Shown piece by piece: positions 49,702 through 58,738 of a DNA stretch of 64,000 bases; the first letter of the stretch is position 1, and each line of letters starts with the position of its first letter. Under the pieces are notes generated by a model that was not told the origin of the DNA, searched no databases, and saw only the letters and a list, made by a program, of their open reading frames with translations. The DNA is from a virus. The DNA is taken from positions 18,870 through 82,869 of IMG/VR virus record IMGVR_UViG_3300035204_001665; one strand, 5' to 3'. A program made the position numbers and the translations under genes.

Positions 49702-51645
49702 TTACACTGTAGATACCCAAGCCTTTAGATGATAATCAGAAAGAACCTGATTAGTAACTGTCGACTCTGGAATAGCTGAAGAAAAATCTACATTAAATCC
49801 TGTAGTATTAACCTTGGTTACAATTGTTGCAAGTAAGTCTGCATTTGTGTCTACCGTATTTTGCAGAGTTACCACCACAGTGGGTGTACTCTTTAGTTCT
49901 ACGTTTGAAGCAATATCGTTATGTAAAGAGAACAAGAAGCTCTCTCTAGTTACGGTATCGGGAAGCTGCTTCGAAATCATAAATGATCCGACCATGTCTG
50001 TGGTATTTAATGGGTCAGTTGATGTCCGAGGCGCCGTCAAGATTTCTCCTTCTGAGCCCTTCTTACCAGCTTTCCATACGTCATCCGTATCGTCAAAAAT
50101 AAGAGTACCGTTATGGAGTGATCCCCGCTCGACTTCAATACCCGCATCGGGAGGAGATCCCATGGTGTAATAAGCGTTCAGAACGATAACGGAGTCACCG
50201 ATATTTACTTCACTGTTTTGAGTTACTAAGGTCTGACCCCGAACTTCAAGGTCTCCCGCGACTGTGATTCCTGACAAGAAATCAACGATCTTGGTGAAAG
50301 ACTTGTTGCCATCGATTTCTTGGGTTCCAGTAGTTCTGACAACGTCTGCCGCTACGGCCATATTATCAGCATAGGCGATCATACCATCGCCCGCTCCGAC
50401 GTCTATGGTGTTACCATTTGTGTCACCAGCGTTGAAAAGCAAACCTGCGCCTGCGACCATGTTTGTCCTATTGACATTGATTTTGTTACTGGTGTCAATG
50501 TGCGCGTTTCCTACCACTCCGTCTGCAATCATGGAAGCGACGATTCCGTCTTCCTTTATGTTTACATAATCGCCTTCTACGTGAAGACCTGAGCCCCCAC
50601 CGACAGAAATCATAGAACTTGTATCTCCGCTACAGCCTGCTCCCGCAACTGCGTCAGCATTTAATTCTGCTGCAGCAATGGCGTTGTCTGCGATGTACAA
50701 CCCACCATTACTCGTGGCTGTGGAGCCACCGGCAAGTCCACCATTTAAAAGAACCTGAACAGCTGTACCGGCGACTTTGTCATTAGTAGAAAGCTGTTCG
50801 AGTTTGGTTTGCTTAATACTTCCGTCCTTAATAAAGTCTTCATGGGAACCTGCACCACCAGCAATCACGCGAGCTGAATCGCTAGTTTTGCTATTAGAGA
50901 TATTTACGAAGTCGCCCTCTACGTGAATACCTGAACCATCACCGACGTAAAGGCCTAGTGCGTCGGTAAGTTTAATACCTGCACCCGCGACTTCAGCGTC
51001 TAGCCTGACATTCGTAATAGCATCATTTGCAATGTTTAGACCTTGATTGTTTACGTGCTCAAGACCTCCTTGGCTATGTAATCTAACTGAACCATCAACC
51101 AAATTAGTTTCAGAAATTGTCTTTAGGGAGCGGTTGGAAATCGTATCGTCTTTGATCATTCGGCCTTCTATTCCGCGAAGACTGTCATTTCCTTCTGAAT
51201 CATTAGCAACACTAAGAATATTTAAGTAGTCTCCTTCCACATAAAGGCCAGATCCATCACCTACGTGTACGGAGTCAGTTCCTGCGGCGCCCGCTGTATT
51301 TCCCAAACGAAGGCCAAGTCCCGGAACGTCAGCATGAAGGTTGCCGCCCGTGATTCCTTGGTACTTTACGTAGATCTCGTCCCAACTGTTTACGCCGATA
51401 GTACTATCGTCATACTCGACGTTCATTGTTCGATCAGAGGTTAAGTTAACCGTGTCATACGGGTAGTCTGTCCATTTTAGTCCTAACCCAGCAGTGATTT
51501 CTCTATCTGTTGGTACAGCTTGACCACCTTGAGCCAGTCTCTCACCTACACCGTTATCGTCTGCGTCATAAAAGAGGCCTTCTGCACTACCTGTGAGAAG
51601 ATGTCCTCCGATTCTCAGTTGTTCTACATTAAATACTTTAGCCAT
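49702..51645 (-). CDS. Tail or capsid fibre protein with repeats
   Basis: Repeats VAGAG...VGDGSG(L/I)(Y/H)VEGD(Y/F)(L/V)NI (3x), VVRTTGTQEIDGNKSF, DAGIEVERG and a C-terminal beta-sandwich. Confidence 0.7.
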   Translation of the reverse strand: MAKVFNVEQLRIGGHLLTGSAEGLFYDADDNGVGERLAQGGQAVPTDREITAGLGLKWTDYPYDTVNLTSDRTMNVEYDDSTIGVNSWDEIYVKYQGITGGNLHADVPGLGLRLGNTAGAAGTDSVHVGDGSGLYVEGDYLNILSVANDSEGNDSLRGIEGRMIKDDTISNRSLKTISETNLVDGSVRLHSQGGLEHVNNQGLNIANDAITNVRLDAEVAGAGIKLTDALGLYVGDGSGIHVEGDFVNISNSKTSDSARVIAGGAGSHEDFIKDGSIKQTKLEQLSTNDKVAGTAVQVLLNGGLAGGSTATSNGGLYIADNAIAAAELNADAVAGAGCSGDTSSMISVGGGSGLHVEGDYVNIKEDGIVASMIADGVVGNAHIDTSNKINVNRTNMVAGAGLLFNAGDTNGNTIDVGAGDGMIAYADNMAVAADVVRTTGTQEIDGNKSFTKIVDFLSGITVAGDLEVRGQTLVTQNSEVNIGDSVIVLNAYYTMGSPPDAGIEVERGSLHNGTLIFDDTDDVWKAGKKGSEGEILTAPRTSTDPLNTTDMVGSFMISKQLPDTVTRESFLFSLHNDIASNVELKSTPTVVVTLQNTVDTNADLLATIVTKVNTTGFNVDFSSAIPESTVTNQVLSDYHLKAWVSTV

Positions 51646-51729
51646 TTTGTTTATTCCTTAAGAAAGTGTTTCCCTGAATAAAAATACACGGGAATACGAC
51701 GTAGAGAAATTAATGTTAAAATGTGATAT

Positions 51730-52755
51730 TTAGATGTCGTGAGGGGAAATAAAACAATTTAATTTGTATCCATTTTGTATTATTTTACTACTAAATACAG
51801 CTTTGCAACTAGATTTAGTTATATCCTCTACAAACGTAAAATATAATTCATCTGACCCTTCAGCAGGGACCATACTACAAAGAACCTTGGGAGTATAAGA
51901 TAACGTTTCTCCGAAATCTACAGTTACTTCATTAGAATTCTGAGGAATATCTTGTTCGATATATATACCGTTATCTGTAATTCCCGTATAGGGCATGTTA
52001 GTGACTTTGGATCCGTCCATTTTGAATCCATCAATAAATTCAGCTATACCTGATATTTTGCTTCCTCCAATGCCAGTTAATACGGTAAATATATTTTTTA
52101 CTTCAGCTCTTCCTTCTGCGTCGACCTCTTCAACAAAGAAATTAAATCCACCTTTATTTGCTTTAATTTGAGCATTGGCATCAACGAAATTGACACTGTT
52201 CCCCTGAAGGTATAATTCCCCGAAAGGTTTCGAATGTGACCCAAGGTCTGAAATTCCGCTTTGCGCAGGTAAGATGTCTCCAGTAAGGTACAGATTAGAA
52301 GTAGCGGATATGTTTCCATATTCATCTACTTTAAATATTTCGTTTGCTGCGTTCTTAATTAAAAATTCGCTAGTATCTATATGGCTGTTGTCTATTTTAA
52401 AAACAGAATTCTTTACAGTAAATATTCCCCCATCAACTACTGCGTTATTTGTGTCTGGATAATAAAGAAACGCCTTGGAGCCAGAAACCAAGCCTAGTCT
52501 ATTGTATTGAAATTGCCCATCGCTTCCTCGGGCGGCCAATGATGATCCCGCAGCCCCTTGTATGCCAGCCATGCCTACATTGACATTTTGGCTTTGGGCA
52601 GAAACGGTCGCACTTGGGGAAGATCCTTGCGTGACAGTAACGTTCGGATTGCTATACCCGACGCTCACTTGGTTATTACCCGCGAGAGACCTAACGCTAG
52701 TATTACTCGCTCCAGAAAGAACTACGTCTACCTGTATGTCATTTGATATAGGCAT
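51730..52755 (-). CDS. Fibre-like structural protein
   Basis: GQFQYN and GDILP.....DLGS.SKPF.ELYL motifs; C-terminal domain related to that of 49702-51645 (TP.V.......V.......F...FSS). Confidence 0.6.
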   Translation of the reverse strand: MPISNDIQVDVVLSGASNTSVRSLAGNNQVSVGYSNPNVTVTQGSSPSATVSAQSQNVNVGMAGIQGAAGSSLAARGSDGQFQYNRLGLVSGSKAFLYYPDTNNAVVDGGIFTVKNSVFKIDNSHIDTSEFLIKNAANEIFKVDEYGNISATSNLYLTGDILPAQSGISDLGSHSKPFGELYLQGNSVNFVDANAQIKANKGGFNFFVEEVDAEGRAEVKNIFTVLTGIGGSKISGIAEFIDGFKMDGSKVTNMPYTGITDNGIYIEQDIPQNSNEVTVDFGETLSYTPKVLCSMVPAEGSDELYFTFVEDITKSSCKAVFSSKIIQNGYKLNCFISPHDI

Positions 52756-52761
52756 TCAATT

Positions 52762-53121
52762 TTATTGAGGTTTAGTTACTTCTGGGTGAACTCTAACCTT
52801 ACCATCCAATACCTTGTTTACTTCTTCGTCGTTTACTGTATAAGTTTCTATATCATAGACGCCCATGACAACCGGTAAAGCTTGCGTTTGTGTTGGTGTG
52901 AGCTTAACGCTAATTACCCCACTGGCTGGAGTTAGTGAGCCCTCGGTATTAACTTGTGGACCAAGATCAACTAAATATGCCCCTGTTCCATAGTTATATT
53001 TAAGATGACCACGGACACTGTAGCCGTTTAAATCGACAGCTGTCCCATCTGAATTCTTAATGGATAGTTGGGCGGAAAATGACGACCCCTGAATAACGTC
53101 TAAATTGTAGTAGATAAGCAT
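52762..53121 (-). CDS. BppU-like fibre anchoring protein
   Basis: QGSSF...DGTAVDLNGY...G.I...LTPTQT..L...GVYDIE...G...V.PEVT pattern. Confidence 0.65.
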   Translation of the reverse strand: MLIYYNLDVIQGSSFSAQLSIKNSDGTAVDLNGYSVRGHLKYNYGTGAYLVDLGPQVNTEGSLTPASGVISVKLTPTQTQALPVVMGVYDIETYTVNDEEVNKVLDGKVRVHPEVTKPQ

Positions 53122-53133
53122 AATATAATTAAT

Positions 53134-53141
53134 ATTACACT
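53134..53141 (-). promoter_or_regulatory. AGTGTAAT motif upstream of the fibre gene block
   Basis: Same motif, 12 nt upstream of ATG 53121. Confidence 0.5.
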
Positions 53142-53165
53142 TAAATTTATCCTAGCTAAACCAAA

Positions 53166-53543
53166 TTATCTTCCCTCTTCAAGAATTTTTCTTACGTCAG
53201 CATTCAAATCTGGATCTTTAGTTGGATCAGAAGCTGGTTTGTTAAACGTAGATGCGTAACGATTAAACTCGGTAAGCAGTCTTTCCTTTAACATTTTTGT
53301 ATTATCTATGGGGATCAGTCCCATTTTTTGGGCGTGCGCCATGAGGTCAGTTTTGCCATAGGCGTCCAGTCTTGTTTCGTACTCTTTTGCGTCGAGTGTC
53401 CCGTACCTAGCTAGCCCATCATCACCCCAAATTTGAGCTAATGTAGTCGGCTCGGTTTGTCTCTTTTCCACCATACCATGAGTCTGTGAAAGAGATTCCA
53501 TTTTCGTGCTCTTTTTCTTACTTGTTTTCTTTTTCGCTGTCAT
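53166..53543 (-). CDS. Hypothetical protein (125 aa, basic N-terminus) directly downstream of the ribozyme
   Basis: Clean ORF with no recognisable Shine-Dalgarno and an A-rich leader. Confidence 0.7.
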   Translation of the reverse strand: MTAKKKTSKKKSTKMESLSQTHGMVEKRQTEPTTLAQIWGDDGLARYGTLDAKEYETRLDAYGKTDLMAHAQKMGLIPIDNTKMLKERLLTEFNRYASTFNKPASDPTKDPDLNADVRKILEEGR

Positions 53544-53560
53544 AATATTTTTTTTGGATT

Positions 53561-53636
53561 AGCCGACACGTAGTTTCGTAAACTTCATTGACATTCGCAT
53601 TAATGCCAATTAGCACTCTGCACGAACCACGTAGTC
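53561..53636 (-). ncRNA. Predicted 76-nt structured exon or circular RNA product of the adjacent ribozyme
   Basis: Lies between the predicted omega-G (53637) and the U of the IGS-complementary GGCU|AAU (53561). Its ends pair (GACUACGUGGUUCGU with ACGAAACUACGUGUC), and it has an inner hairpin UUGGCAUU/AAUGUCAA. Confidence 0.5.
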
Positions 53637-53866
53637 CAATTGTGTTATCGCCGCTTTTTTAATTACGACTTCTGCATGTCGCCATGCAGTTCGGACTATA
53701 TCTTCACTTTTTACAGTGTTGGGCGCTCGTGGAGGGGTTATTGCTGGGACTCACCCTCTAGTCTCTACACCTTCCGGAAGCACTAAGCCCACTTCCGACT
53801 TGGCTCGGTATTGTCTCAGAGAGAGTTCTACCGAATTCACCCAATAAGGCCAATTTTCAAATAACT
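53637..53866 (-). ncRNA. Group I intron catalytic core (ORF-less, intergenic)
   Basis: P3 UUGGGUG (53844-38) with CGCCCAA (53725-19); P4 UUCGGU with ACCGAG; R element GUAGAGACUA; P8 CACU/AGUG; S element AAGAUAUAGUCC (53704-693); P9 CUGCAUG-GCGA-CAUGCAG; 3' end ...GAUAACACAAUUG. Confidence 0.9.
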
Positions 53867-53871
53867 ATATT

Positions 53872-53900
53872 ATTATACATTAACTTAACCCTTAATGCAA
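53872..53900 (-). promoter_or_regulatory. Sigma70-like promoter driving the ribozyme
   Basis: TTGCAT (53900-895), 17-nt spacer, TATAAT (53877-872); predicted start about 53866-53865. Confidence 0.7.
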
Positions 53901-55289
53901 TTAAAAATCAATAACTTGTCCATCGCACTCTTTCTTTAAGAACATTATTCCTCCCAAGCCTGATTTGTCTGAAGAATAATACGTCATATACATGTCTTTT
54001 TGTTGATTTAATGTTATTCTCACTGTTTCGCCGGGCTTATCTCCATTAGCTGCCGTAGGATCAGAGAGATTTAGTTTACCTCCCATATATTGATGGTTTT
54101 GGCACTGGTAATATAAAGTGTCTGGAGCATCATAAGGGACATTAAATATCAATCTCCCCTCTCCGTTACCTGTGTCTCTTACTAGCACTCCCGATGGGAA
54201 TATGTTTGTATTTGCTCCGCCCGAGTCAGTACTGATGTATAATGGGTGCCCGTCGTTTGAACTGCCGGTTTGACTAAAGCTGTAGGTATGACCCCTAGTT
54301 AAAGAAAGATCTAAGGACTGGTTTGATTCACCACTGACGACATAACCATTAGAACTCCCTGCGGTGGGATATGGGTGAGTATTGTCTTTTGCCGCAACGG
54401 TAATATACCATGGAAGATGGACCTGCGGAGATACGAATCTTTGCACATTAGTTGTGTATTCGTCAAACCCTTCCCAAGTTCCATCGCTACCGGTACTAAA
54501 TGTAAATTTATATCCGCTCCAATTAGCGTAAGAACCCCCACTCGGCCAAATTTGGTATGAGCCGCCGTCTCCACTTTGCAAATGAAAATTATACGAAGAG
54601 CCAGAGCTATTTAAAGTGAGGGGGTATCTATAAAATCCGTCAATATAAAATGCAGTATCTCCATTATCGTCTTGAACGTATACGTTTATATCTTCCTCAT
54701 GACAAGAATAGGCGGTAGGCTCTACGTAATATGTTGATGACGCGCTATATTCCGAGTACTGACTCGTCGTAGAATCAAGAGGCGGGACGGTTCCCTTGGG
54801 AAACTTTACCCTTACCAATTCATTAATTTCGAATTCTATATACGGATAAGCATGACCTTGATCATAGGATCCATCAGCTTGCAATATTGGTTTTTTTTGT
54901 AGACTAGTATGCTTTTCCCAGTAGTTACGGTAATGTGCTTGGAACGCTTCATCTTGTTTCACATCAAGTATATACTTCAGATAAGAAGGCATATCGTTTT
55001 CCTTATATCCATATGGGTAACTAGTCTTAATATTCTCCCATATCTCTTCAGCTTTTGTGTCCGTAAGCTCATCTGCTTTTTTGTATTTCCAAAACCTGTT
55101 TCCCTTTTCTTGGTATCCGTGATTTCTAGACTCTTTTGTGAACCCTACCTTTTCTACCCGAAGAAGCTTAATAGGCTTTAAAAAATATCTTGGGGTTGTA
55201 TCTCCATCTCTGTTTTCAGAATTAACATTAAAACATAATTGCACTTTGATTCTAAAAGCATAATTAACCCTATTGATAGATAAACTCAT
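53901..55289 (-). CDS. Structural protein with a cupredoxin-like domain
   Basis: LSLTRGHTYSF...GHPLYIST...FNVPYDAPDTLYYQCQNHQYMGG supplies H...C-x2-H-x2-M. Confidence 0.65.
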   Translation of the reverse strand: MSLSINRVNYAFRIKVQLCFNVNSENRDGDTTPRYFLKPIKLLRVEKVGFTKESRNHGYQEKGNRFWKYKKADELTDTKAEEIWENIKTSYPYGYKENDMPSYLKYILDVKQDEAFQAHYRNYWEKHTSLQKKPILQADGSYDQGHAYPYIEFEINELVRVKFPKGTVPPLDSTTSQYSEYSASSTYYVEPTAYSCHEEDINVYVQDDNGDTAFYIDGFYRYPLTLNSSGSSYNFHLQSGDGGSYQIWPSGGSYANWSGYKFTFSTGSDGTWEGFDEYTTNVQRFVSPQVHLPWYITVAAKDNTHPYPTAGSSNGYVVSGESNQSLDLSLTRGHTYSFSQTGSSNDGHPLYISTDSGGANTNIFPSGVLVRDTGNGEGRLIFNVPYDAPDTLYYQCQNHQYMGGKLNLSDPTAANGDKPGETVRITLNQQKDMYMTYYSSDKSGLGGIMFLKKECDGQVIDF

Positions 55290-56812
55290 TAGTAAGAACT
55301 CCCTCCCGTTGATGACGATGACGATGATGTTGTTGTCGTCGCATCAGTCGTAGATAAATCTGTATATTGTCTAGCCTTAGACGTATAAAGTGCATCATAA
55401 GCAGAATGTTCTAATGATCCCCCGTACAATTCAGAAGACCCATCGTAGTACATTGGGCTATCTGATGGATCCGTAGGAGTAACCTGTAACTTAGCCACCT
55501 GTTCGTTTCTTACGATTCCCAATCCGTCATATACATCTTGAGCAACTTTTTCTAACATTTTTTCATAACGAACGAACCCCTTGCTCTTATATTTATGCCC
55601 CTTATCTACTAAAATTTTATTTAATTTTTTATAAAAACGAGACTTAGCCTTATTTACTGCTATCCTTACTGAAGCTTGATAATCTGAGCTTACGCCCTCA
55701 CCTTCTTCGGTAAAGGATATATCAATGTCTTCGGCTTTGGAGGCATCTACAGGCACTACAGATATACCTCCATCAAAACCTATATATCTTGGGTTAGTTG
55801 ACCAAGTCTCTATGCTAAACGACGCACCGGAGGGTATAGTTCCGTCCCACATTCCGGTAAGCGCTTTATCTTTGTATTCCGGATAAGCATAATAAAACAC
55901 AGAATTTTCTATCCCCCAATCTTGTTGCTTCTTAATGAGTTCGGAAGAGTTAATTAAATTGTAGTTTATTTGAGTCTTAATTTGTTCGTTCTCAAGTATC
56001 TTAATAAATCTTGAAGAGATTGCATAGACCCCCGTGTTATTAACCAAGCCGATATTTCTATCGAAAAATGATACACCGGACGAATGAGACCCACTATGAC
56101 CGAGGCTCTCTACTAAGGCTGTACCAGTGACAACATAATTTCCCGCGCCTGAATAGTTCAAAACCTCATGAGGAGAAACCCATACTATGGTGCTGCCAGA
56201 GGGGGAAACGATAAAACTATTAGATGACTTATCGTATATTGTATGGGTTTCCCCGGTGCGTATAACAATTAAGTCATTAATAAAATCTAATTCTCTTGAA
56301 ACGAGTAATTTAGTATCGTGATTGTAAGGACCGAACTGAGTAGAGTCTACATAAATTTTATTCCAGAGACTTCCATAACGAGTGTTTGTAAAGATGAATT
56401 CATTTTTTGTTTTTAATATTTTATCTACTTGCTTCTTCCATGATTTTCTTAGGCTTTTATATCTATCTAATTCTTTTACTACAAACTTCCTAACTTCTCC
56501 CTCATATACGGCAAAGGCCTGTTTGATCTGAAATGACCTCGATACCTTCGTCCTATATTGTTTGGTTATATCATGGGGGACGTATTCCTCTGAGGTGTTT
56601 TCATCTAGCTCCTTGCTAAAATAGTACTTTTTACCCTTTTCAGTAAAATTTAAACTTAGTTGCTTACTATCCCTTTCTCTTATGTTCTCAGCCTCCAGAG
56701 TTCCGTCATTGTAAATTTTTACCCTCTTTCCGTCAGGAAGGTTGGTTGGCCCCAGAACCACAGGTTCCCTGTTATCTTCTGGAAGCGGGGATTGTTGGTA
56801 TTTCGTTGGCAT
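55289..56812 (-). CDS. Hypothetical protein (507 aa)
   Basis: Long ORF in the same orientation as its neighbours, ending in TTTTTSSSSSSTGGSSY. Confidence 0.65.
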   Translation of the reverse strand: MPTKYQQSPLPEDNREPVVLGPTNLPDGKRVKIYNDGTLEAENIRERDSKQLSLNFTEKGKKYYFSKELDENTSEEYVPHDITKQYRTKVSRSFQIKQAFAVYEGEVRKFVVKELDRYKSLRKSWKKQVDKILKTKNEFIFTNTRYGSLWNKIYVDSTQFGPYNHDTKLLVSRELDFINDLIVIRTGETHTIYDKSSNSFIVSPSGSTIVWVSPHEVLNYSGAGNYVVTGTALVESLGHSGSHSSGVSFFDRNIGLVNNTGVYAISSRFIKILENEQIKTQINYNLINSSELIKKQQDWGIENSVFYYAYPEYKDKALTGMWDGTIPSGASFSIETWSTNPRYIGFDGGISVVPVDASKAEDIDISFTEEGEGVSSDYQASVRIAVNKAKSRFYKKLNKILVDKGHKYKSKGFVRYEKMLEKVAQDVYDGLGIVRNEQVAKLQVTPTDPSDSPMYYDGSSELYGGSLEHSAYDALYTSKARQYTDLSTTDATTTTSSSSSSTGGSSY

Positions 56813-56852
56813 TATTATTCCTTATATTATAACAGCCGAAGAATATAAAAGC

Positions 56853-56883
56853 AAAAAAAAACTCGGGGGAAACCCCCCGAGTT
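56853..56883 (-). terminator. Rho-independent terminator after the major capsid gene
   Basis: AACTCGGGGG...CCCCCGAGTT stem followed by a long T run on the minus strand. Confidence 0.85.
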
Positions 56884-56902
56884 GTGTGAATATGAAGCTT
56901 GG

Positions 56903-58060
56903 TTAAACAACCATGCCGACGATTGCTCTCGCATCGATACAAACGCGACCCTCTTCTAGGAAACCGTAGAAGCCGGTCTTATCTGCTCTGGCAACCCACT
57001 GGTCGTCAGGCAGAACGGTGAACGTGCCACCGCTGTCCATTTGTTGAGCGACAGGCCTGATGAAGGCATCGCGCGAAGCGTCAAGACCGATGATCAGCTG
57101 ATCATCAGCATTTGCCCAAGTTCCGCCTTGAAGACCCGCAGTAGCACTGTGGGCGATATCAGCAGGAGCAGCACCGTTAGGTCCGAGCTTGTCGAACAAC
57201 TTGGTGTACTTCTGACCAACACCGAGCTCAAGAAGGTCGGTAAGTCTTACTCCCCAAAGCTCTTGCGTACCAGCAGCACGGAAGATATCTTCACGTACAG
57301 CGTCGGGCAAAGCGATACTGGACACCGTATTTGCACCGCTAGGTGAATCTTGGGTGTTCATTGGGTTATAAGCGAAACCGCGAACTTGCTCTTTGATCTC
57401 AGGGCTAACGAAAAGGTCAGTAAGACCATAAGCGTCAGCACCAGCAGGAGTGCCGTCCACCCAAGAAGCACTCAGTCTTCTCATGAGGGTAAGCATTCTG
57501 CTTAAGTCATCAACGATGAACTCAGTAGGATTACGACTGGACAAAATGTGTCCATTGTTTTTACCACTAGAGTTGCTAGATTCAGCATTCGCTAAGGCAC
57601 GAACAACAACTGCCCATGCGTTTCTTTCTTGTTTAACTAGAACCTCTTGAGCCATTCTCTCGAGGGTCTTGCTAACTACGTCCAAACGAGACTTGCGGGC
57701 CCACTTCTTCAACCAGCTAACAGCTGTGTCGATTCTGTAAGTCGCAATTTTCATTTCGGCTACGCCCTCGACTTGCGAGGTGGGCATGCCGCCAGCAATG
57801 TTTTGAGACCAAATGGTCACATAACCTTGGTTGTCATCGTAATAAAGGTCAAGCGGATAGCTCGGGGAATCATCCTCATCGAACAAGGTATCCGTATAGA
57901 ACATACCGGCAGTACCAGCATGAGCAATAACCTTTTGAATTACAGGACCAATAAATGCAGCGAACGCGGAAGCAGCCTCAGCGGACACGTTCTGATCTCT
58001 CGATCCGAGTGCCTTGATAAGCTCTACTTGTTCTGGAGTATTTTTTAATTTTAATTTCAT
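56903..58060 (-). CDS. Major capsid protein (HK97 fold inferred)
   Basis: 385 aa; order protease/scaffold, decoration, this gene, terminator; strong GGAG RBS; backbone-helix-like LDVVSKTLERMAQEVLVKQE; C-terminal GFYGFLEEG....D.RA. Confidence 0.8.
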   Translation of the reverse strand: MKLKLKNTPEQVELIKALGSRDQNVSAEAASAFAAFIGPVIQKVIAHAGTAGMFYTDTLFDEDDSPSYPLDLYYDDNQGYVTIWSQNIAGGMPTSQVEGVAEMKIATYRIDTAVSWLKKWARKSRLDVVSKTLERMAQEVLVKQERNAWAVVVRALANAESSNSSGKNNGHILSSRNPTEFIVDDLSRMLTLMRRLSASWVDGTPAGADAYGLTDLFVSPEIKEQVRGFAYNPMNTQDSPSGANTVSSIALPDAVREDIFRAAGTQELWGVRLTDLLELGVGQKYTKLFDKLGPNGAAPADIAHSATAGLQGGTWANADDQLIIGLDASRDAFIRPVAQQMDSGGTFTVLPDDQWVARADKTGFYGFLEEGRVCIDARAIVGMVV

Positions 58061-58083
58061 ACTTTTATTCTCCTATTAAATGT

Positions 58084-58704
58084 TTACAGACCTACTGTGT
58101 CCGATCCGTTATGGAATCCTCCATCGCAGTCGAGCTTGATAAGTACGTCTTTGTTAGTTGCGTCGTCCGCTGCGCCACCAATACAATAACCAACGTAACT
58201 TGGCTTTAGTGTACCGGGCACTTGTGCGTCCGTGTGAGTCATAATCGAGCCGTTGTCGCCAGCGTATAGCTTGACGCCCGGGCCTACGGCTACGCCGTGA
58301 CCTTGAGCAGTGTCGATTCCGTTTACGAGAACAATGCCTCTAGTCAATACGGGTACAGCTTGTCCGCTAAGAGATACTTGCATCTCATGAGCCTTCCGAG
58401 GATGCCAGATCAGCTTTTCGCCGTTCTCGTCATACTCTTTGACGTCATGCATAAGCATACCAAAGGCTGCGTCACCAGAACTGGTGAGTGCAACACGGGC
58501 TGTAACGGCGTAACGATCGGAAGTTGTATTCGCGTAACTATTATTAATAGATACAGCGTCTAGTTCCCAATCTGCCTTCCAGTCTTTCTTGGATGCAGTA
58601 CTTAGCTTGACCATAGCGCCCCTAGTTGCGTCTGAACCATCATACGCGAACATGTTGACTACGTCGTTCTCACTATATTGTCTAAATGGTTTTAATAATG
58701 CCAT
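58084..58704 (-). CDS. Capsid decoration / cement protein
   Basis: 206 aa between scaffold and MCP; FGML..DV, GQAVPVLTRG and G.KLY..DNG beta-tulip-like pattern. Confidence 0.65.
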   Translation of the reverse strand: MALLKPFRQYSENDVVNMFAYDGSDATRGAMVKLSTASKKDWKADWELDAVSINNSYANTTSDRYAVTARVALTSSGDAAFGMLMHDVKEYDENGEKLIWHPRKAHEMQVSLSGQAVPVLTRGIVLVNGIDTAQGHGVAVGPGVKLYAGDNGSIMTHTDAQVPGTLKPSYVGYCIGGAADDATNKDVLIKLDCDGGFHNGSDTVGL

Positions 58705-58738
58705 AATTTTTTTCTCCTATATAATGAATTGTTAAATT

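Noticed and set aside
53560-53870. RNase P RNA, tmRNA or tRNA as the identity of the structured intergenic RNA
   Set aside because: It lacks the RNase P GAGGAAAGUCC motif and tRNA D/T-loop consensus, whereas the group I P3/P4/P7 pairings and R/S elements are all present. The 76-nt length of the cargo matches tRNA size but I could not build a cloverleaf.
53519-53880. Conventional cis-spliced mini-gene (MYNNI.. joined to ..LRGSCRVLIGINANVNEVYETTCRLIQKKYYDSEKENK)
   Set aside because: The ATG overlaps the -10 region, the exon side of a local P1 cannot pair with the guide, and use of the predicted omega-G gives UGA or a short frame. It is disfavoured but not fully excluded.
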